43,960 nt of DNA from Caldisericota bacterium (GTDB lineage: Bacteria; Caldisericota; Caldisericia; JAAYUI01). The stretch spans positions 1 through 43,960 of the forward strand of contig JAKPMO010000022.1 of NCBI GenBank assembly GCA_029548865.1. The letters are read 5' to 3'. The notes under the pieces are model-generated. The model saw nothing but the letters and a program-made list of their open reading frames with translations, made no database searches and was not told the origin of the DNA. Made by a program: the position numbers and the translations under genes. Of this stretch, positions 38,635 through 43,960 are shown one piece after another (positions within the stretch are counted from its first letter, which is position 1; every line of letters begins with the position of its first letter).

Positions 38635-39942
38635 TCAAGGTGGCCCGAAGGCGATGACTTCATCACGTGTCGCAACAAGAACACCTCGCCAGTCGCACTC
38701 CAGAACGTCGTATGACTCGCCTTTTTCCAACCCAAGATCAGCTTTGTCAATCCACCAGTATTGTTCGCCAGTACTAAAATCAAACCAAGATATTTTCTTT
38801 TTTGAATAAACTATTCCATAGTGTTTATTGATTTGCCAGCCTTTTTTTGATGACCATATAGAATCAGTATACCCATCTATTGGGATTGGGTTTTTGGGCT
38901 CCTTGAGGTTGAAGATAAAATTGCCATTTTTTGATGTCACGCTGAGAAAGGCCACATTTGGATCTTCGACCAATTCTAGAACGCCACCTTTTATGTATTC
39001 ATCAATTTTAAAGGTTTTTGAGGGCACACAAGTTTCAGGGTCTATCTCTGTCAAAACTTTGCCTTCCTCTGATATCACGTATAGCCTATCACCATCAATA
39101 AAAAAGGTATTGAAATTTTTGAAATCAACCTTCATTATTTCAAGCGTTTCCGGATTTATTCTATAGAGGTAATATTGTGTTGGTTCGAACCATTCATCTC
39201 CATCTATAAATATGTATTTGTTCGTGAAAGCGTAACGACCAAAGAATAGACCTTTTCTGCCTCTCTTAAGCTCCCAGTCCGGAATCCCAGTCCAAGCATT
39301 AACCTTCAATAAAATTGAATCTAAATTTCCTCTATAATAAACAGAGCTGTCTTTTGAAGAAACCCATAAATCTAATTCTTCCAAAGGCAACCTCCAATAC
39401 TCCTCGTTAAGACCAAGGCTCACCGATACTGCATATCTTTGAAAATAAAGCAAGTTCCGATCCTCAGCAAAAGCCACTCCATTTTTCTCATCCAACAGAT
39501 AATATTCGAACCTGGCTCCAATCTTCTTGCCAGTTGCAGGGTCATAAAGACCAGAGTCAGAGCCATTTTGTATTTGCCACCCATCCTCAAAATTGTCTGA
39601 AGTGACTCCATAGCCAGAATAATCCTTATTCTTGAGGTTGTTCTTGCTCCACATCTTCTTTAGTTGGCCCTTATAAAGAAGGGGCTTTGGTTCATAGGGT
39701 TCAAGTGGTGTGTTTCTTGGTTTACCAATTTTTGTTGGGATTGGCATTTCCTCTAGAGGGACAAGCCTCATGTCATTGGTTGGCACAAGAAGGGAGCCTT
39801 TTGGAAGGTTTGTAGCAGTTTTTATCTCATATTTTGGATGGTTTTTGTAGACTTCTTCCCTGGATGGCGAGCAACCTGCACAAAAAACTAACAATAAAAT
39901 GGCTGCAAACAATTTCTGCATGGATCTTCTTCTCCCAAACAT
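38635..39942 (-). CDS. Putative lipoprotein, beta-propeller-like; family C, copy 1
   Basis: Lipobox-like CAGC; WTGIPDW, LYRINPET; C-terminal QYWWIDK...VIAFG (start 39942 or 39921). Confidence 0.75.
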   Translation of the reverse strand: MFGRRRSMQKLFAAILLLVFCAGCSPSREEVYKNHPKYEIKTATNLPKGSLLVPTNDMRLVPLEEMPIPTKIGKPRNTPLEPYEPKPLLYKGQLKKMWSKNNLKNKDYSGYGVTSDNFEDGWQIQNGSDSGLYDPATGKKIGARFEYYLLDEKNGVAFAEDRNLLYFQRYAVSVSLGLNEEYWRLPLEELDLWVSSKDSSVYYRGNLDSILLKVNAWTGIPDWELKRGRKGLFFGRYAFTNKYIFIDGDEWFEPTQYYLYRINPETLEIMKVDFKNFNTFFIDGDRLYVISEEGKVLTEIDPETCVPSKTFKIDEYIKGGVLELVEDPNVAFLSVTSKNGNFIFNLKEPKNPIPIDGYTDSIWSSKKGWQINKHYGIVYSKKKISWFDFSTGEQYWWIDKADLGLEKGESYDVLECDWRGVLVATRDEVIAFGPP

Positions 39943-40086
39943 ATCTCCTCCTGGACAGTGTTTTTGATTTCAATCAGTCCCCATCATAAGGTTTTGGGAA
40001 GTCCAAATCAATTACATAATAGCACCTTTATACCTTAAATTGGCTGTAAAAATTACCTCTCTATATGTACCTAGACCAGTGTCACA

Positions 40087-41286
40087 TCATTTTTGGCCAT
40101 ACTCCATCAGATAGTAGCAAGAAACAGTGTCATTGTTCTGGAAACATATCACACCGTTTCTGTAGGATACACCGCCAATCTGGTTGGGCACCTGGTAGCT
40201 CCAAACCTTGCTTCCATCCTTAATGTCGTAGGCGGTAATGTATGAGGCATCCTTGTAGGCTTCATAAACAATAGGGTTCTTTTCGAATGCGATGAAATCC
40301 ATGTATTGTGATTCTTTTACGTCTATGTCTTGCAGGACCTCTCCATTGCTTGCTTTGAGGCACATGATCCTGTAGTTATCTGCTTTTTCAAAACCGTTTC
40401 GATATACAACAAAGACAACGTTTCCCTTATACTGAACGCCATTTGTTATAGGAATATATCTCAAATCTTTTTCCCATATCATCTTAACATTCCCACCCTG
40501 ATTCTCGGCACAGACTAAATGGCTTCCCTTGCTGTTTTGATAACTCAAGACGATATTGTCTCCCATAAAAAATGCATTGTTAATTGAGTTGTTTATGTCC
40601 CAAGAAAGTGCGAACTCCCACATTGTTTTTCCAGTTGTTTTGTCGATCATGAATACAGAATCATTCCTTTTGTCTTTCTCTCCAAGGCACAAGACATATT
40701 TGTCATTTTCATCAGAAAACCTCAGTGAGTGTGAGCCATCAACGCTATACTTCTGGATAAGGGTTTGTGTCGCTGCCGTGACATCAAATGTGAAGATGTT
40801 CTTGCCAATGCCTATCCACAACTTGTTGTAGCTTATCTCGATACCGTTATATTGGTCATCTGGGCTTTCTTTGTATTGCTTCAGGTTGGCATAAGTGTAT
40901 TCACGTCCGTCAAATTCTGATACGTCCGTGTAGTAAACCTTATCACCCTCCAATGTATAGACATCGTTTTCAAAGGTGGCGAAATCATAAATAGTATTCT
41001 TCAGATTTGTCGGGTACTGCCAGTTCTCATTTCCATTATCGATATTGAGAGAATAAAGAAGGTGTAGGTACGGACAGCAATATGGTCCAAGGTCTCTGTA
41101 CAACAGTATGCTCGAATCCATGATGATTGGCCTGATATAGGTTGCATCAAGGTCCATGTTCCTCTCCCAGAGCCTCACAATGCTTGGCATTTTTGCTTCG
41201 GTTTTTATTGATGTATATGGGAAGATATTGGCTAAAATGACCAGAGCCACAATAAGTATTTTTTTAATTTGTGTTTTTACCATCAC
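40087..41286 (-). CDS. Secreted PQQ-binding-like beta-propeller protein; family B, copy 1
   Basis: GGAGG RBS, signal peptide; DNGNENWQ, TTGKTMWE, SNGEVL, KDGSKVWS repeats. Confidence 0.8.
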   Translation of the reverse strand: MMVKTQIKKILIVALVILANIFPYTSIKTEAKMPSIVRLWERNMDLDATYIRPIIMDSSILLYRDLGPYCCPYLHLLYSLNIDNGNENWQYPTNLKNTIYDFATFENDVYTLEGDKVYYTDVSEFDGREYTYANLKQYKESPDDQYNGIEISYNKLWIGIGKNIFTFDVTAATQTLIQKYSVDGSHSLRFSDENDKYVLCLGEKDKRNDSVFMIDKTTGKTMWEFALSWDINNSINNAFFMGDNIVLSYQNSKGSHLVCAENQGGNVKMIWEKDLRYIPITNGVQYKGNVVFVVYRNGFEKADNYRIMCLKASNGEVLQDIDVKESQYMDFIAFEKNPIVYEAYKDASYITAYDIKDGSKVWSYQVPNQIGGVSYRNGVICFQNNDTVSCYYLMEYGQK

Positions 41287-41361
41287 CGCTTTTACCTCCT
41301 CCGACTCTCAATAAATACATCTTACACACATTTACAAGCGCTGTCCATTTTTTGTAATGAC

Positions 41362-41396
41362 AGCCACCTTTCTGGTATATAAACTAGAAGGTGGCT
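41362..41396. repeat. Intergenic imperfect inverted repeat
   Basis: AGCCACCTTTCTGG-TATATAAA-CTAGAAGGTGGCT. Confidence 0.75.
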
Positions 41397-41504
41397 ACGG
41401 TGGAGGAGGGGCATACTGGTGGGGGTAGTGGACCCTTGAGGATTCAAGTTTCTCTTTGGAGGGGAGGGAACTTTTTAAAATTGATTCCCCCCACTTGCTT
41501 GTTG

Positions 41505-42632
41505 TCATTCATTCATTGGGGCGAAGAATCTGGCAACTAGAGCTGTGTTGTCAGTTGTTCTGTAGTGACAAGGTGCTTTTATAAATTTGCACAAATCACG
41601 CAATGGAACATAGAAAATATCATCTTTTTCAAATGGTGCAAATTCCAGTTCTTTTCTTTCTCCATTTACAATGGCATAATTTTTACCTAGCTCAAATGTT
41701 GCTGTTATATATTCAACAGGGTGACTGGAGTAAAACTTATACAACCTGTGAAATGTGTGGGTTTTCATGTCACCAGATGTTGGAGTAAGCATAAATCCTG
41801 CCAATGAATACATATCAACCGCAGGTTGATTGTTTTCACTCAAAATCAACAATGGATGTGGTATTTCCTCATATTCTTTCCAAACACACACCTTGTTGGA
41901 AAAAGTTTTCATCCAGATGTAGCCCTCATAATACCCACCCTTATATGGGATTTCATCCATTTTTTCTCCATATGGTATTTCATGCACATAATAAAAGTCA
42001 GGATTTATCGCTTCTGTTTTTATTGTTTCAAAATCTTTCCCCGTGTATTTCAATATCTGAAAGTTAAAATCATTATCAAAAGCGAAAATGGAACTCTTTG
42101 GCAAAGATAAACCTTGTGACTCTTCCTTAAGATTTGTTTTGGTACTTATCCAGTTTGTGTACTTATCTTTTTTATTATTAATGACCTTTGATGTATAAAA
42201 ACTATAGTTCCAACCTTCATCTTTTTTTATTCCAACAAGTAATTTCTTAATTAGCCCATTTTTCTGGTTTTGCTCAATCGAGGCCAATATTGTAGGGTTA
42301 AGTGTTAACATTAGCTTTGATGCAAACTCTTGATCATCTGTAAATAATTGCACCTGTTTGCTATCAGAATCCAGCTTTGGAAATAAATATTCGCCAAAAT
42401 CATCAGACTGCTTCTTTATGTATTCATAAAAAAACAGTTTACCATCTTTATACTCCATCACTTTGTACTGCGCCTCAAAATTGACTTCTTTCTTTGTATC
42501 AGACAATGACATAGCTGCAACAATCTTCAAATCAGGCATCTTTATTGGATCACTTTCAGCCATACTTTGCGGGCTATTGCATGCAAACAAACAAATTATT
42601 ACAAACAAAATTATTTTATTATAGTATTTCAT
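41505..42632 (-). CDS. Secreted or lipo-protein with C-terminal stalk domain, directly downstream of the Rhs-like gene; family A, copy 1 (immunity-gene position)
   Basis: GAGGAGG RBS, MKYYNKIILFVIICLFAC signal, C-terminal GKNYAIVNGE...APF...YVPLRDL. Confidence 0.8.
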   Translation of the reverse strand: MKYYNKIILFVIICLFACNSPQSMAESDPIKMPDLKIVAAMSLSDTKKEVNFEAQYKVMEYKDGKLFFYEYIKKQSDDFGEYLFPKLDSDSKQVQLFTDDQEFASKLMLTLNPTILASIEQNQKNGLIKKLLVGIKKDEGWNYSFYTSKVINNKKDKYTNWISTKTNLKEESQGLSLPKSSIFAFDNDFNFQILKYTGKDFETIKTEAINPDFYYVHEIPYGEKMDEIPYKGGYYEGYIWMKTFSNKVCVWKEYEEIPHPLLILSENNQPAVDMYSLAGFMLTPTSGDMKTHTFHRLYKFYSSHPVEYITATFELGKNYAIVNGERKELEFAPFEKDDIFYVPLRDLCKFIKAPCHYRTTDNTALVARFFAPMNE

Positions 42633-42646
42633 TTTGCCTCCTCGAA

Positions 42647-43960
42647 CTACCAACTTGCCAAATGATCTATGTCCCATTTTAAGCTTTTTTCATCCCATAA
42701 ATTATAGTTTATCTCTTCACTCTTACCAAATCCACGTATAATTACTATCTTACCACTGTCAGATTTAGTTTTCATAAATTCGTGTAGATTTCCTCGCATT
42801 TTTCCTCCAGAATAAAACCTATATACCATAGTGCCAACTAAATTTCTTTCGACAATGTTAACCTCCCCATTCTCCCCTTGATACTTTTTTGGTGCATCAT
42901 CATTACCAAATTCAGCGCATCTCCCTTCTTTAACATAAGTACCGTCTTTATCTACAAACACACCGACCCACATCCCATCTGATCTCACACACATTCCAAC
43001 AGAACCTGACGTTTTAAAGTGTGCTTCATTGAAAAAATTTATTTCTGAGTCCTTGGAGCCAATGCTTGAACATATGTTTTTCCATGATTTTGCCATTGCT
43101 TTTCCGGCTTCTGGCGAGTAGGTCCAATTGTCTGCAAACAAATTTATTGTGCCGGTTCTTTCTCCATTTGAGTTAGTTTCAAAGATATAAACTTCGTCGT
43201 CCTTAGTACAACATGCTGTAATATTGCCATTGGAATCACGAACTACCCATTTATATTGTTTACCATCATTTTTTTTATCTTTGTCATCTAAAATATCATT
43301 CATCTCTTCAATCATTTCTGCAAAAGTGTCAAGAATCCCCTTCATTGGGAGAAGTATTGGCATCTCACTGACTTTATGTATGGAGCCCTCGTCAGAGACA
43401 ATCTGACCATCCCTGAGGTCTTCCATGAACTTCTTTCTTTCTTCGTATTCCTTCCAGGTCTCACCACCATTACCATCAAAGGTGAATCCTAAGTTCTCAC
43501 TGTTACGTTTGAGGATATCACCACCATCTTCAGCACTACCATTGGTACAAATAATACCATTGATGTTCTTTTCTCCAACATCCTTGGCACCAACAAGCTC
43601 TGCATCTGGATTGGAGAAGTCTAGGCTTGGTGGGCCAGATTGTCTGCCAGAGTGGGAGATGCCATCAGATGGTCCTGCAGGGGGAGCAAAGGAGCCAGGT
43701 TCACCACCAGAGGAGGAGCCAGCTGTGGTGGCAGAGGTGATGGAGTGGGAGAGTAGCTGGTCTTCAGGGAGGGAGGAGGTGGACATAGAGTTGATGGTGG
43801 AGATGGAGGTGGGGTTAGGCATGGCTGGTGAGCCTGTTCCTTGGAGGAGGGTGCCTGTCTGTGGGTTGTAGTAGCCTGAGGAGAAGTAGAGGTTAGTTTC
43901 TGTATCAAGGATGGTCTGTGATGCTCCCATGAAGGTGAAGGGGTTTGGTATGGAGTCAGG
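42647..43960 (-). CDS. Rhs-like protein, 3' part (degenerate Rhs-associated core, Ser/Pro/Gly linker, variable C-terminal domain); runs off window end
   Basis: Frame open to 43960: PDSIPNPFTFMGASQTILDTETNLYFSSGYYNPQTGTLL, resembling the Rhs core NPFxYxG...DxETGLYY...YYxPxxG. Confidence 0.72.
   Translation of the reverse strand, partial: PDSIPNPFTFMGASQTILDTETNLYFSSGYYNPQTGTLLQGTGSPAMPNPTSISTINSMSTSSLPEDQLLSHSITSATTAGSSSGGEPGSFAPPAGPSDGISHSGRQSGPPSLDFSNPDAELVGAKDVGEKNINGIICTNGSAEDGGDILKRNSENLGFTFDGNGGETWKEYEERKKFMEDLRDGQIVSDEGSIHKVSEMPILLPMKGILDTFAEMIEEMNDILDDKDKKNDGKQYKWVVRDSNGNITACCTKDDEVYIFETNSNGERTGTINLFADNWTYSPEAGKAMAKSWKNICSSIGSKDSEINFFNEAHFKTSGSVGMCVRSDGMWVGVFVDKDGTYVKEGRCAEFGNDDAPKKYQGENGEVNIVERNLVGTMVYRFYSGGKMRGNLHEFMKTKSDSGKIVIIRGFGKSEEINYNLWDEKSLKWDIDHLASW

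Noticed and set aside
43425..43908. ORFs 43425-43871 (+) and 43621-43908 (-)
   Set aside because: Low-complexity shadows of the Rhs-like linker
33742..43960. CRISPR array, DGR (TR/VR), integron cassette array or prophage as the explanation for the accessory locus
   Set aside because: I saw no regularly spaced repeats, near-identical adenine-variant repeat pair, consistent attC-like sites, or reverse transcriptase, integrase or phage genes

Overview
Bacterial chromosomal window of moderate GC. Repeated secreted proteins with C-terminal copper-amine-oxidase-N ('stalk') domains, plus a Firmicutes-like gene order, suggest an anaerobe such as a Caldisericota member; this taxonomy is inference only. 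Bases 1-33730 are mostly housekeeping: partial S8-type protease, tRNA-Glu/tRNA-Lys, prfA-prmC-trxB-M24 peptidase, ferredoxin, buk-crt, an NHL/stalk protein coupled to tagA-csaB-comF, an ECF S component, copZ, a stand-alone mraY, M18 peptidase-dut, chbG-pilM-plsY-tsaC, rpiB-glyA-tagO-wecB-murA, an acyl-CoA dehydrogenase and kdpABC with a kinase-less kdpD. Bases 33742-43960 form a minus-strand accessory locus. It starts with the 3' end of an Rhs-like gene whose core lacks the canonical DP/DPxG cleavage motifs. Seven secreted or lipoprotein genes follow, from three divergent families in the order A-B-C-C-B-C-A. This is the best candidate for an undescribed polymorphic effector/immunity or surface-variation system. 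Other oddities: MraY with Asn at an invariant catalytic Asp, a possible stalk-domain/pyruvylated-polysaccharide anchoring link, frequent 16-bp promoter spacers and probable near-leaderless mRNAs. All family calls come from motif recognition by eye; no database searches were run.
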